Shown here: in pieces, positions 16,560-29,760 of the stretch
Layout: each line of letters starts with the position of its first letter
Position numbering within the stretch: the first letter of the stretch is position 1
NCBI RefSeq assembly: GCF_009914755.1
Contig: NC_060932.1
Strand: one strand, 5' to 3'
DNA length: 64,000 nucleotides
DNA from: the human T2T-CHM13v2.0 reference genome, Homo sapiens
Notes under the pieces: generated by a model
What the model was told of the DNA's origin: nothing
Database searches by the model: none
The model's input: only the letters and a program-made list of their open reading frames with translations
Made by a program: the position numbers and the translations under genes

Positions 16560-17378
16560 ATATTAAAGATGGCCACAGATCCCTTGCTATTTCTTTCATC
16601 AAGAGGGGCAGTCTGTATATCTAGCACAAAGAAAGCACACATATTTAAGGTGATGGACATCCTAAGTATACTGATTTGATCTTTACAAATTATATAAATG
16701 TATTAAATTACCACACGTAACCTCCCAAAAAAAGAGTCTGAACCTTTTTTTTTTAAACCCGGGTTGGTCTTGGGGACATAATTGATCAACAGAATGCAGC
16801 CGAAGTGACATTCTGGGATTTCCAAGACTAGGTTACCAGAAGCCTTAAAGCTTCTTCCTGGGTTTCTTAGAATATATGTTCTCTTTGTTCTGGGTTTCTT
16901 GGAATGAAATGATTTTTCTTGGAACACTTTCGAATCCCAGCCACTGGAATTCATGCTGTCAAAAAGTCCACGCCAGACATGCAGAGTAGATACAAGATGA
17001 AATAAATGCTTGACCAGCCTTCAGCTGTGCTATCCATTATGAAAAAGGCATCAGATGTGTGAGTGAAGCCACCTTGGAACCCTCAGATCAGCCCACCTGC
17101 CAGCTGAGTACCACTGAATGCAAGCTGAGTACCACCGAGTTACCTTGCTTGATGTTCCTTGGAACACAAGAAGAAAGCAGCCAAGCTCTGCCTAAATTCT
17201 AGAGGCACACAGTAGAGCATCTGTGGCCACTGTAGTTAAGGTGAAAAGGAAAAAGGAATGAATTCTAGATCCATCTTAAAATGTTTATGCACACAATAGA
17301 GATATCTTGAAATGGTTACTTTTTAAGTCACTGAGTTTTAAAAATAATTTGAATATAGCAATAGATAACTAGAACACT
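16560..17378 (+). mobile_element. MaLR (MLT1) LTR with an internal L1 3'-end fragment (~16620-16730)
   Basis: 'caacagaatgcagccgaagtgac', 'aagtcactgagtttt...atagcaatagataactagaac'; the inner piece 'ctgatttgatctttacaaattatataaatgtattaaatt' is L1 3' UTR-like. Confidence 0.55.
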
Positions 17379-18037
17379 CTTTATCAAAGTAGGGCTAGGT
17401 TCACCAGAAAAATCATAAGATAATCTTACCTCTCTCTTCTACCTGAATTTAAAAGACTTTTGGACAAGAATCTATCATTGCAGTTTGATGGTGCTAGACA
17501 GGTTTAAGGAATATTTCAAGCGTATGATCCTTTTATGTATCTTATTATAGTTGAATGTGTACAGTTGGCAAGGTGTGGGCAAAAGAACATTATTGCAATG
17601 GTGGTAATATGAGGAAATGATGATATCACGTTAGAAGTCCAGGAGCAAGTATGAATGTTCCCCGAACAGAGAAACTGTCTGCCTTCAAATGACCCTGCTT
17701 CTAAAAGCCCATTTCTTAAAACGTAAAAGAAAATTAGCATTGCTTATTCTTCATGATAAAACTTTTAAAATTGTATTTTGCAATGAAGATTATTTCTATC
17801 TCCCCCCCCCCCCGTTTTTTTCTCACATTCCCCCTGATCCCTGAAAAAAAAAAAAAAAATAGGGGATTATTAAGCGTACTCAGTTTTTCTGTTTAGACAA
17901 ATTCTGTCTGGTGTTTGTAATTTGCAACTGATTATAAAGTTTTACATATTAAAATAAAGAACAACTTTGTCATATTTGAAAGAAGGCCAAGGTTACATTA
18001 TCCATTTATTTTAACATTAGACACAGTCAGCCCAATG

Positions 18038-18105
18038 AAGGAGGAGGAGGAAAAGGAGGAGAAGAAGAAAAGAAAAAGAAAGAAAGAGAGAGGAAGAGGA
18101 AGATG
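18038..18105 (+). repeat. GA-rich polypurine tract
   Basis: About 65 nt of nearly pure G/A. Confidence 0.85.
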
Positions 18106-18121
18106 ATCAGAGTGGAAATGT

Positions 18122-18187
18122 GGCCAGGCGCGGTGGCTCATGCCTGTAATCCCAGCACTTTGGGAGGCTGAGGTGGGCGGATCACTT
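18122..18187 (+). mobile_element. Alu 5' fragment (first ~66 nt only)
   Basis: Near-consensus ggccaggcgcggtggctcatgcctgtaatcccagcactttgggaggctgaggtgggcggatcactt, then abrupt end. Confidence 0.9.
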
Positions 18188-18321
18188 ATTTATATACCTC
18201 CTATGGCATATACCTCTCCACATTTTTATAATTGCCATTTATATACGTTTCTAAGTTCCTATAGTATTGTCCTTCAAGGCAAAAATCCTGGTATTATCTT
18301 CTTGATATTCTTAGGGCCTAA

Positions 18322-18753
18322 TGTTACCAAAATGCCAGGGGTTTGGTCTTGGTCCTGTTGCTTGCTGCTTGGAGAGCTAGGCCCTGAGACAATGAGAGGT
18401 GCCAGGTAAGAAGGCTTTATCTGGGTGCTGCAGCGAAGGAGACAGGAGATGAGTCTCAAACCTGCCTGACTAAAATTGGGGGTTTATATAGCAGAGAAGG
18501 AACGTAGCTACAAGCAGGAAGGAGTTCGGGAGTGATAAGGAAGCAGTCATGATGAATGAGGGGTGTGAGCTCTCATTATCTGGATGTGGTGATCTGGTGA
18601 GTTTCAGTCCATTGCCTGAGGGTCAGTTTCCTGAGAAGAGATTTCAGATGGGGCAAATAGAAGCTTCAAATTTTAAGATCAGGAGAGTCAATTTCTATAT
18701 TTATTCAAAAAACCCATACACATTATTTCTACGGAGCAATTGGGCTGGTTTCA
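18322..18753 (-). mobile_element. ERV1 MER4-group solo LTR (MER66-like)
   Basis: TG...CA termini (tgttacc...ggtttca); 4-bp flanks ctaa/ctag; the minus strand starts TGAAACCAGCCCAATTG. Confidence 0.7.
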
Positions 18754-21040
18754 CTAGCACAGTGCTTGGTTATCTTCAGTGCATAACTGAGTAAATAACT
18801 GCTCAGTAAATAACTGCTGAATTAAAGGAAGTAGCGATGATGGCAGTGGCTGTGGAAGTGGTGCAGGTTAGGAGCCACGATGGTAGTTTTTGTTGGGAAT
18901 GTTACTGAGGGTGGTGGTGATGATACTGATGATAGAGGTAGCCCTACTGATGTTGGTGAGGTTGGTATTGTTGAGTCCTAAATCAGAGAAAAGAGCACTA
19001 AGTTATCTAGGAGAAATATCATTTTGATAATAAAGGAAAACTTGGTGGTAAGCCTGATTGCCAGTCTATGCAACAGTTAGCAGGAGAAAATACCAGATTT
19101 TCTCTGACAGCTTTGGGATCTGATGAATAGATAGCAGAGGCTACTGGGAGAAATTTTATCAGCCTCTGGAGAGTCCTTCTAGCTGACTCCCTAAATGCCT
19201 CTTTGCTCCAGGACTTAGGTTTTTGAAGGAATTGAGCAATGAATATGAAAGAAGAGGGATAAATAGTCACACCCAGAGTGACTTCCCATTCCTCATTGTC
19301 TCTTGCAAAGACAAGACATTCTTTAGAAGGGATCCTTCCAAAGAAAATATCCTGAGCACCTGAGTATCCTGCTTGTGGATCCCCAATAGCCAGCACGCTG
19401 ACTCACTGCTATTTGTGCAGTTCCCATGTGCCAGTGAATTATAATGAGAATATTCTGGGCAATCAAATTACTGGAGCTGAAGGGGGTGCTGAAGCAGGGA
19501 TTGCCCACATAGGTCACTTTCTAGAAAGCAGGTTCCAAAAATGTCTTTCTGTGCACTGAGAATTGGATCGCACCATTCCAACAGAGAAGCTATTTTCTGC
19601 CCATAACATACATAGACTGAAGGAATTAAAATGCAGTGAGTTTAGTTGAAAGCTTATTGTACTTAAATCCACAAAAATTAGGTACTTTTCAACTTATTTA
19701 CCCTGCGCTGTATTTAAACCGCTTCCCTCCTGCCTTCGTTCTGTAAATAACCATTCCAAAATCTAGACTGCCTATCGAACAACAAAGCAATGATTCAGTT
19801 AATAATTATAAACCTTAACAATTCAGCATGCACCCACTTATAGAAGAACTAGATATCACTTGCCTGAAATATTTGACAGTCATACAAGAGAGCAATCGGC
19901 TACTTAAACAACGCAGTCATGTTGGGAGCTGTTGGGGAAGGGGTAAGGGCGGGGAGGATTGTTTTTGAATGAAACTTCATCTACGTGGTTCCAATGGATT
20001 CTTTCCCACACAAGCTCAAGCCTACATCTCACAGAGCTATTAGGTTTGTATACTTCCTTGTGCTCTGCTCCAAGAATTAGTGAGTCATGTTTTAAGCACA
20101 AATTCTTAACATAGGTGCTACCAGGGAACAAAGGAAAACAAAATGCCTCATTCTTTTATTCATCTTTTGAAAGGAAACTCATGGCGGAAACATTTGTATA
20201 ACATTCCATTTATATAACCTGAGAAATATCAGCTGAAGGAAAGAACAGTACAGCTGAGGAAGGGGACTGTGGTGTTTTCTTTCCACAAGCCCATGCCCCT
20301 CCTAGACTATTAGTTCCTAATGTGTTTCACAGCTCTTGGGTCCAGCAAGGAAATGTGAGGGCACATCGTGGGAGGCAGAGAGGTGGAGGGGAGCCCATCA
20401 GGAGGGCCCAAATGCTCCAGCAGGTATTAGGAAATGCTTCAGTAGAGTGTTTGCAAGCATGGGCTGCGGAGTCAGGCAGATCACTGGCTGTGTGACCCTG
20501 GGCAGGTGGCTGAACGTCTCTGTGCCTTAGCATCATTGTTGGGAAGAACGAGGATAATAACGACAAAAAAATACCCCGTGGACTATAGAAGGTTTTCTAT
20601 ATGTCTGATACATAAACCAAGTTCAATAAAGCCCCTTGGGTCCAATTCTGGTTTCTTCTCTTGGACCGGTCATTTTGCTCCTCTTAGTTTCAGTCTCCTC
20701 ATCTTTCTCTGAATCTTTTATACTTGGGATTGATGGAAAACTTACAGAAATGTTCTGAAATGCAAAAATGTCATAATGACCTAGCCATAGCTCACACATG
20801 AATCCTCAGTGTGAACCAGGAATCAACCACTTGTGACCACAAAAGGGAAAGGAGGAAGAATACAAGTCTTTCCAGCTCTTTATTGCCCGTGCATCTTGGA
20901 TATGTTGAGAAACCTTTACTGACTATCTTCAAGTCAGTTTATTAATGCTCTAATATTTTTTATTTCTGTCATAGTATGCATATGATGTATTAGACAGGGC
21001 TCTGGGTACAGATGGGCAGGGTTTAAATGACAGATTTAAG

Positions 21041-21322
21041 GCAGTGGCTCACACCTGTAATCCCAGCACTTTGGGAGGCCAAGGCAGACAGATCACTTGA
21101 GGTCAGGAGTTCGAGACCAGCCTGGCCAACATGGCAAAACACTGTCTCTACTAATAATACAAAAATTAGCCGGTCTTGGTGGCACCCACCTGTAATCCCA
21201 GCTACTCGGGAGGCTGAGGCACAAGAATAAACCTGGGAGGCGGAGGTTGCAGTGAGCTGAGATCACACCACTGCACTCCAGCCTAGGTGACAGAATAAAA
21301 CTGTCATCAATCAATCAATCAA
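21041..21322 (+). mobile_element. AluS with (TCAA)n tail
   Basis: Alu dimer lacking the first few bases; tail converted to tcaa repeats. Confidence 0.9.
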
Positions 21323-21894
21323 TAACGGATGTTCTCCTATGTGCCCTGGAGCAAGTGAATTGAACCCTGGTTTTTCCTGCAGCATGCTTGCCAAAGTTAA
21401 TTTTGTTCATTGGTCTTTTCAAAGAACCAGCTTTTTCTCCCCTTTATCCTTTTACTGTGTTGTTTTCTATATCACAAATTTCATCTTTTGCATTATCAAT
21501 TCCCATGTATTCCCTCATGATTTACTTTGTATTTTTCCCTAGATTCTTAACAAAAATTATTTATTTTCAATGATAAAATAACAAAGGCATTTAGGCTACA
21601 CATTTTTCTATAATAATAGATTATTTCTAATAGGTTTTGACAATAAGTAATCGTCTTTCCACTGATTCCTAGATAGGATTTCATTTCTATTTTTATTTTT
21701 TTCTTGGCTCTCAGGCTTATATTAAAGAACATTCCATATTCATACTTTCCCAGTAGTTAAACTTGTAAAATTCTATTTACTTTGCTTTTCTATTTGTTGG
21801 GCATATGAACTATAGCCCTAGATTCCTAAATTTACTGAATTATAGTCAGAAAAGGGCAACTTAAAAAATCTGTATTTGGGGAAAAATCATTATT

Positions 21895-22214
21895 ATTTTT
21901 TGAGACAGGGTCTTGCTCTGTCACCTGGGCTGGAGTGCAGTGGTGCAATCATAGCTCACTGTAGTCTCAAACTCCTGGGCTTATGTGATCCTCCCACCTC
22001 AACCTCCCAAGTAACTAGGACTACAGATGCATGCCACCATACCTGGCTAACTTTTAAAGTTTTTGGAGAGATGGGGGTCTCACTGTGTTTCCCAGGCTGG
22101 TTTCAAACTCCTGGCCTCAAGTAATTCTCCCACTTTGGGCTCCCTAAAAATGCTGAGATTACAGGCATGCTCCCAGAGTGCTGAGATTACAGGTGTGAGC
22201 CACTGCTCTTGGCC
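21895..22214 (-). mobile_element. AluJ with internal tandem duplication
   Basis: J-type 'gagacagggtcttgctc' and 'atcatagctcactg'; 'tgctgagattacagg' occurs twice near 22150-22195. Confidence 0.85.
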
Positions 22215-23872
22215 CAGGGTAGTTTTTAGTTATTTTTTTATTGTGATCAAATACTGCATTTTAAAAATTGTTACTTAGATGTAAGAGAAGAGTTAATATC
22301 CTCTCTGTGTGGTTCCTTACATATACAAAAGCAAGCTTATTTAAATTACTCAAATTAAGTATATCTTTTGGAAATATCTGTCAAGTTTTTCAATCATATT
22401 CTGAGACAGGTGAAACTGTTTTATCTTGCATTTCTGAATTGTTCATCTTGCTGTTACATAATAAGGCACTGATTAGATGCTTTAGGTTTTGAATTTTTTC
22501 CTTACCCGATTGACCAACTCTCTAAGTCTCAGTTTCTCCATCCATAAAATAGAAGTAATAATGCCTGCATGTAGAGTTGTAAAAATATATAATGAGAAAA
22601 ATATTGTGAGGTACCCAGCATAGTAGCCACCACACAGTAGACAATAACCTATTTTACTTATCTACCTTCCAATCCTTAAGCTAACTATCTCTTAGTCCCA
22701 AGAATAAAATCTCAGGATTGGGAAAAGGCTTCTTCATTTCTGTTTAGGGGCCCCAGATCATTGAGATTCTTCTTTCCTATTAACTACCAGGTTATGGATT
22801 TGAAAGAATCTCAGTTAGAAATATAATAGCATCATTCTAGACAGAAGAATGGAAAACTAGTGTTCTAAACTGGATCAAAGGGTGTCTTGTGAAATAATGC
22901 AGTCATTGTTCTCTATAGTTTTGCTCCAATAGGTCAAGGATATACTAGTATATCAGGGGTAGCTATGGATCCTGGGATTTCCCCTTTACCACAAAGGAGA
23001 TGATGTAGGTGTGAAATTCCAGGCACCTTGCCCATCTTTTGTAATCCATTCTTCTTTTTTTCTCTCTACCGGTTGCTTCAGATTGTAACTCTACAGCCCA
23101 CCTGGCTTAGAGTGCTGACGCCTTCTCAAGGCTTCCTCACTAAACTTCCTAGAAGCTATTTTCCAAGGAGGGTAGAATCATTGTTCTGGAAAACTAACTA
23201 AACTACGTTCAATGCTTATCAATATCAGAGAATTCATTTTGGGTGACTCACTCAAGATATTAACTTTCACATTTTAAATTATATGCTTTTACTCATTAAA
23301 TATACACAAAGCTTTCTCTCTCTCTCCTCTTTGTCCCAGAAGTGTTTGCGAAATGCTTTCTTTTTCCTGTAAGTTTAAATACTTCTACAGTTATGTCTTT
23401 TACAAAAGAGAGATGTTAGTAGCAAAAGGTGCAACATTTGCTAAACAGTTCAGGTGGCATCTACGAACACCATCACCCTGAGTTTTCACAAACAGCCTGA
23501 GAGAAGATGTCACGTTCACTTTTCTGAAGCCAAAACAGAGGCTCAGAGAATCAGCTTACCAAAGGTCTCTCACAGCTGGCAGATCTAAGAGTCTAAACCG
23601 TTTCTGTTGGGCTCAAGGCCCATGTTCCATTTGGTTATACTCTCCTCCCACAAAACTCCCTTAGGCTTTGGAAACTGAAAAAAAATGTAAGCGGAGTGAT
23701 TGATTGCCTGAGGTTCCTCTTGTTAGAACTGATCAATTGAGCCACATCTACAGCAATATTAGAGAGGGAGGAAACCCATGAGTCCTCAAATCTTTTTTAA
23801 GAGAATCATTGATGGTCTTGAATGCTTAGATGGTCCATATGGACATTCGGTGCTTTTTTTGTTTGGCGTAAG

Positions 23873-24516
23873 TGAAGCAGCATCATTGTCTGGGGTAAAT
23901 ACCCAGGGTTCATCATCTTGTGCCAAGAAGATTAAGGACACAGACCACAGAGGAGTGAGTTTAGGAGCAGAGGTTTAATAGGCAAAAGAAAGAGAAAGGA
24001 GGAGACCAGCTCTCTCCCTTGTGAGACAGAGGAGCTCCCAAAAGGGAAAAAAAAAACACCCCTTGGTGGACTGCACCAGAATTTATAGGCAGGCTTAAGG
24101 AGGTATGTCTGATTTACGTAAGGCTCACAGATTGGTTCGACCAGGCGTGATGTTTACATAGTGCAGAGGGAAAGGCTGGTTGCCCCACCCTAATCTTATT
24201 ATTATGTCTTTGCCTAGCAGGGGCCATATTGTCTGCTCCTTACTGTACACATGGTTTGGCAAAGAGAAGGGAAGATGGAGCCACTATTTTGAACATGCCT
24301 AGTCCCAGGTAGCCTTCTCCTATCGGCACAACTGGTGGCATTCACCCGTGCAAGCTTCCAGCTTGCTTATCGATGTCTGCAGCTTAATTATACAGGCTGC
24401 TCTTTGTTAGAAAAGAAAATGATTTGGGGGCTGCTTTTCATTAAAAGGAAAACTTTACCAAGGACTCCTGTAGCCTCACTATCTGCCTAAGTAATTTCTT
24501 CTTAACTCCTATATCA
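23873..24516 (-). mobile_element. ERV1 solo LTR, MER51A-like
   Basis: TG...CA termini; minus strand starts TGATATAGGAGTTAAGAAGAAATTACTTAGGCAGATAGTGAGG; 4-bp flanks taag/tgag. Confidence 0.8.
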
Positions 24517-24589
24517 TGAGGATTGACATTCGTCAGAGGTAAGGTGTTATGCTGCAAGTTCGTATTATTTGGCAAATTGATGGGAAGAC

Positions 24590-25105
24590 GTTACAGTAAA
24601 TAGTCTCCAAACAAGATGCCATGAATTGATTATTTTCCTCTATGCACATGATACTCTGCCCACCAAAATTTATAGTCTGCTTCTTACTCTCTTAAACCCG
24701 GAGTGGACTTTTGACTTGGCTTGGTGAGTAACATATAGCAGAAGTGATGCTATGCCAGTTCCAGGTTTATCGTTTAAGAAGTCTGGCAGCTTCTGCTTTC
24801 ATTCATAAAGCCAGCCACCGTCTAAGAAATCTGATTAACCTGAGACAACCATGCTGTGAAAAGAAACAAACCAGCCACATGGAAGAGAATGAGGCACTGT
24901 CCATGTGAACGAAGTCTTCTCAGATCTTCCAACCCAGCCCAGACATCAGCTGGATACAGCCAAAGGAGTGACTCAGTTGATACTACTAGTCAGAGAAGAG
25001 CTGCGTGCTGAGCCAAAGCGACCTACAGAATCAGGAGAAGTATTGTTATTTTTTGTTTAATCCATGAAGTTTTAGGGTGTGTTGTTACACAGCAATGGAT
25101 AATTG
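24590..25105 (+). mobile_element. MaLR (MLT1) LTR, diverged
   Basis: 'atagcagaagtgatgctatgccagttcc' and 3' end 'gttttagggtgtgttgttacacagcaatggataa'. Confidence 0.6.
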
Positions 25106-25184
25106 ATGGATGTTTAGGTCAAGAATAGACAAAAATAAAAAATAAAAATGTGTTTTAATGTCCCATACATAATCGACCAATTGC

Positions 25185-25345
25185 CAGGAGTTTGCAACTC
25201 TGGGTGTACATCAGAATCACCTGGAAAGTTTTTTAAACTACAGATGCTCAAAGCTTAATGGAGACCTTTAAAATGCAAAATTTTGAGGCCTGCACATTTG
25301 CATGTTTTTAAATTCCCTCAATATATATAAAATGAGCAGTTATTG
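25185..25345. mobile_element. MER5A-like hAT MITE remnant
   Basis: 'gtacatcagaatcacctgg...tttgcatgtttt'. Confidence 0.5.
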
Positions 25346-26629
25346 TAATAACCCACAAAATTAAAGACTCATTTACTTTAAGAAGCTCCTTTTTCAAAAT
25401 GCAAATTCTTTCTGGGAGTGATAAATCAAGCAGATGGTCACAGGATTACATCTGTAATCAGATTGTTTTCTTAACGCTTGGCTAGGATTAGCAAATGTAG
25501 AGTACAGGAGAGCTAAATACAAAGCATGCACACACCTGACCAGGGAGCTATTGATTGAGGTCCCAAAGAGATGTCATTATAACAGCTTACTGTGAGCTTG
25601 GGCCTAACAGGTGCCTGGAAATTGGAAGACAGGTGCAAAAGGGACAGTGGAAGATTGACAAAGGCTGATTACAACTATTCTGATGGGAAGTCACTGAAAA
25701 TCACCCCAGGAGTGGCCCTTAGAGCTTGTTATTTAGGAACCTAAGAAATTATTATGGAGGTTACTGAAAGGGACCACAGTAAAGATCAAGTCAGATAACA
25801 ATACCTGTGCTCATACCAGACCTCTCAGAAGGCCAGGATATGAAGTTGTTCTGATTCCTCTACCCTAATCAAATAAATAGAATGTGTCTAAAGATAAGTC
25901 CAACAAGAGTCAGAGTTCAGTGTTGAAAATGGAGTGTTGAAGAAAGAAGGCCTTTGTTGTGAGCCGGAGAGTTCCTGTATCTTTGTCTTTTCCTTCATAT
26001 TTCCCCCAAGCTGCCCAGACCACCTTTCTCACAAAGCCTCACAGGGTGGTTACCTCTCCCTGAGGAGTGGTGAGTCAGCTCCCTCTGAGAACTTTTCACT
26101 TTTACTATTTCTCTCTTACTGATCCTGTTCTAAGATACACCTGGGGGTTTTATGTTCCCTGAAGAAAGGAAGTGAAACGTACTGCATTTCCTATACTACT
26201 TAAGCTTCCTTTCTCGATGTGAAAAGAACAAACCTATAGTTCCTGAAATCTCTTTACTTCCTGTGTTGCTAAGTCAGTAAGAAGAGAATTAGCATGTACT
26301 GAGCACCCACCGTATGCTAATTGCATTACCTACATCCTCATATAAATTATCATGCTCTATGAGTTATACTTCTTGAGATAAGTTCTGTGATACCATTTGA
26401 TAGAATAGGACACTGAGGCTAAGATTTTGAGGTTACTAGCCTAAAATCATATAATTAAGAAACGATGGGAACAGGATTTGAGCCCAGATTTGGTTGACCT
26501 ATGTCCTATAATTCTAGCCAACAAAGTATCTCTGCCAAGAATTAAAAAAAAAAAAATCATTATTTCAGGGTCTGGAGTGGGACATTTTCAGCAGATCATT
26601 TTGTTATCATACGAACGCAGCCTAACCAC

Positions 26630-26862
26630 CTGCTACTCCAAGTGAGAGTCAAAATCCAGCAGCATTGGTCTCACCTGAAAGTAAGTACTATTGACGCATG
26701 CTACTCAAGTGAGCTCTGCTGACAGGCCACATTGACATCATCTGGGAGCCTGTGTGAAATGCGGCATCTCAAGACCCACTCCAGGCCTACTGAATTAGAA
26801 TCTGCATTTTCACAAAGTCCCCATGTACCTTAGCAGGCACATTAAAGCTTGAGAAGCACTGA
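26630..26862. mobile_element. MER5A-like hAT MITE remnant
   Basis: 'cctactgaattagaatctgcattttcacaaag...cacattaaagcttgagaagcactg'. Confidence 0.6.
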
Positions 26863-29432
26863 CCTAAATTAATGTGTTCTAATTATTTGAGCCTGATACC
26901 TCACTGAATATTTTTTTCTAGACACAGTGCTACCTACATACTTGAATTCCTAGAGAACTCACATTTCACAATGTTGGTGGCGGGTGGGGGGGGGGCCTTG
27001 AAACCCAAAGAGGCAAAATAGTGGGTTGTAGACATCCCAGTAAATTAGTGGCAGAGTCAGACCTAAGATAAGTCCTTACCAGATGCTCAATACCTGTCAT
27101 TTAGACATTATGTATTAAGTTCTTGGTCTATGCCAGGAACCTTGCTAGATGCTGAGGTGAAAGAAATAATTTGTGCCCTCAAAGAACCCCTGATCCACTG
27201 AGGGAGACAGATACACACACAAACAATTATAAAACAATATGGCAATGGGGAGACAGGGTGGCACAAGGTGACATGAAGCTTCCAATAAGAGACATTTGGA
27301 GTCACCAGGCTTCGTGGAAGAGGTGCAGCCTTCGCCAGACCAGGTGCCACCCACTTTGTGATTAATTGATGTACCAGCTCCCCCTCTATCCTTCATTCCC
27401 CTTTCTCATTTTCCCTTGTCTTCACTCCATTCTCTTTACCATCTCCCCTTGGCCTGGGTCCCTTCTACTTCTCAGATTCCCATCTTTTCCTTCAAGGCTT
27501 TTCCTGCCTGCTCACCCTAATCCACAAGTTCTGCTTTCTCGTAACATCTGTAACTTTTTTGTTTACTAGCAGTTTCCAAATCCTACTGCCCACCAACATC
27601 ACCTTAGGAGCCTTAAAAACTAAAAAGCCCCATAACAGGCCCTACCCTCAACTCTGCAGATGATTCCAGGGCATCATTTTTCCCCAGAGCTGCATGTGCA
27701 GCAAGGGTTGAGATGAAAACCTTGTTGACCCCACTCGCCTGCCATCTACCCATAGCAGCTTGCATTACAGAGAGAGGCAGAGTTTACAAAGGCCTCTGCA
27801 CGCATCATCCCATTTGATTCCCACATCAGACCGGTAAAATAAGAAGTGAGAGGTGCTTAGTCCATTTTACAGATGGGAGAACTAAGTCATAGAGAAGTGA
27901 AGTCACAAGCCCAAGTTGCCCAGATCTTGGACCCACATCTTCTGACTTGCCCTGTGCTGCTTGGAGAATATATGTATGGTTAGAATGAAGGCAAAGCCCT
28001 GCCTTGCTCTCTCAATGCCCCCATTTCCCCAGCCTAACACATTTAAGCTACTCAGCTCAGAGCTAACTGATGGTTGATGACAACTGCTCATTGAAGGAGG
28101 CATGTGTCATTTCCCCAGGTCTTGAAGGCCTCCACCTGAGAAAGAGGAACTAGGAGTTGGGTGTAAATCAGAAACCATATGACCAGACACACTTGAGCAC
28201 ACTCTGTGAGAAAAGGGAAGGATGCGGACAGCCAGAGGTATTGGAACTTTCCTCAAAATCAATCAGGAGTCATGTTCTGATCAGAAGGGCACATAAGAGG
28301 ATCATGAGGACAGAAATGTTCTAGGGTTTCGTTCCTTCCCACCCAGCCGCCGCCATCTGCTATCCTGTCTGAGCAGTGCTTCTGTGAATGGGGCCCTTCT
28401 TACCTATCCTTGCCTAAAAAGTAAACATGGAAATATTATGAAGCTCCTCTCTCTCCTGATCCTGAAAGCAGCCCAGGAAGTTGGGCTGATGAGAGGAGCC
28501 CTTAGCAGACATAAACTTGGGCAGGAAGGGATTGGGAGTGAGGACTAGGAGGAAAACTTCTTTTATCTTTTTTTGTAATCTCTTCGCTAGGTTTTCTCCA
28601 TGTTCTGCTTCAGAAATAGACTGGATATGTCCTATGTATGTTTTATTCCTCTCATCTCAGGAATAATTTCCAGTTCTTAGAAAAGAGCAAGGCAGGGAAC
28701 GGGCAGGGGCGGGCTGAACGCCTCCCTGCTGCGAGGAAGGAGGCACAGATAGGGCGCACAGGAGAGCTGACATTACACAATCCACATATCAGCATTTCTG
28801 GGGCAGCCAGGAGGTTATTCCTAAGGGGAACATGTTCTAAACCAGCAGAAAATAAATGCTGCTTCAAAAATAAGCATTTCAGGCTGTGACTTTCCTGGGT
28901 CAGAGAAGCCTTGTTATTTTTCAGAGTAAATCTGCCCCAGTGTACACGGCTGCTGCACTAAAAGGGCTTATTTCAGAAGGCACTGGGTCCTTATTTTCAT
29001 AAATAAATAAATCCTCACAGGCCTTTGGAATCTGATTATATTTGGGACAAAACTCCTAAATATAGGGCCATTGTCTGAAACCATGTGACCAACCCCAGTC
29101 TTTTAACTTAATTGTATCTATTAGAGAATGGCATGCTTCCAGGGCCAGGATTAGGCTGTAAGCTGGTTCTCAACAAATATCATGGGTTCTTTTTTGTTGT
29201 TTGCAGGGGAAGTGGGGACAAATGACTTACTCTTGATTAGAAAAACTAATACTTTCATTTCCACCAAGAAAAAATAAAACCCTCTTCATGGGTGTTTGTC
29301 ATTTTTCTTGGATAGGACAAAATCCTATTCTCAGAGAAAAGCCTAATGCACACATCCATCCTCTGTGTCGCTAACTGGTGGAGACGATGGTTTCTATCTT
29401 GGTGTCTTTTGTTAACTGACCCATTCCCAACT

Positions 29433-29760
29433 TTATTATTATTACTATTATTAATTATTAATATTATTATTATTTTGAGACAGAGTCTTGCTCTGTTGCC
29501 CAGGGTGGAGTGCGGTGGTGCAATCTCGGCTGACTGCAACCTCCACCTCATGGGTTCAAGCAATTCTCCTGCCTCAGCCTCCTGAGTAGCTGGGACTACA
29601 GGCACCTGCCACCACCACGCCTGGCTAATTTTTGTATGTTTAATGTAAATGGAGTTTTGCCATGTTGGCCAGGCTGCTCTTGAACTCCTGACCTCAGGTG
29701 ATCTGCCTGCCTCGGCCTCCCAAAGTGCTGGGATTACAGGCGCGAGCTACCGCACCCAGC
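29433..29760 (-). mobile_element. AluS with (TAT)n tail
   Basis: Reverse Alu dimer; 'ccaactt(t/g)atta' flanks both sides. Confidence 0.9.
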
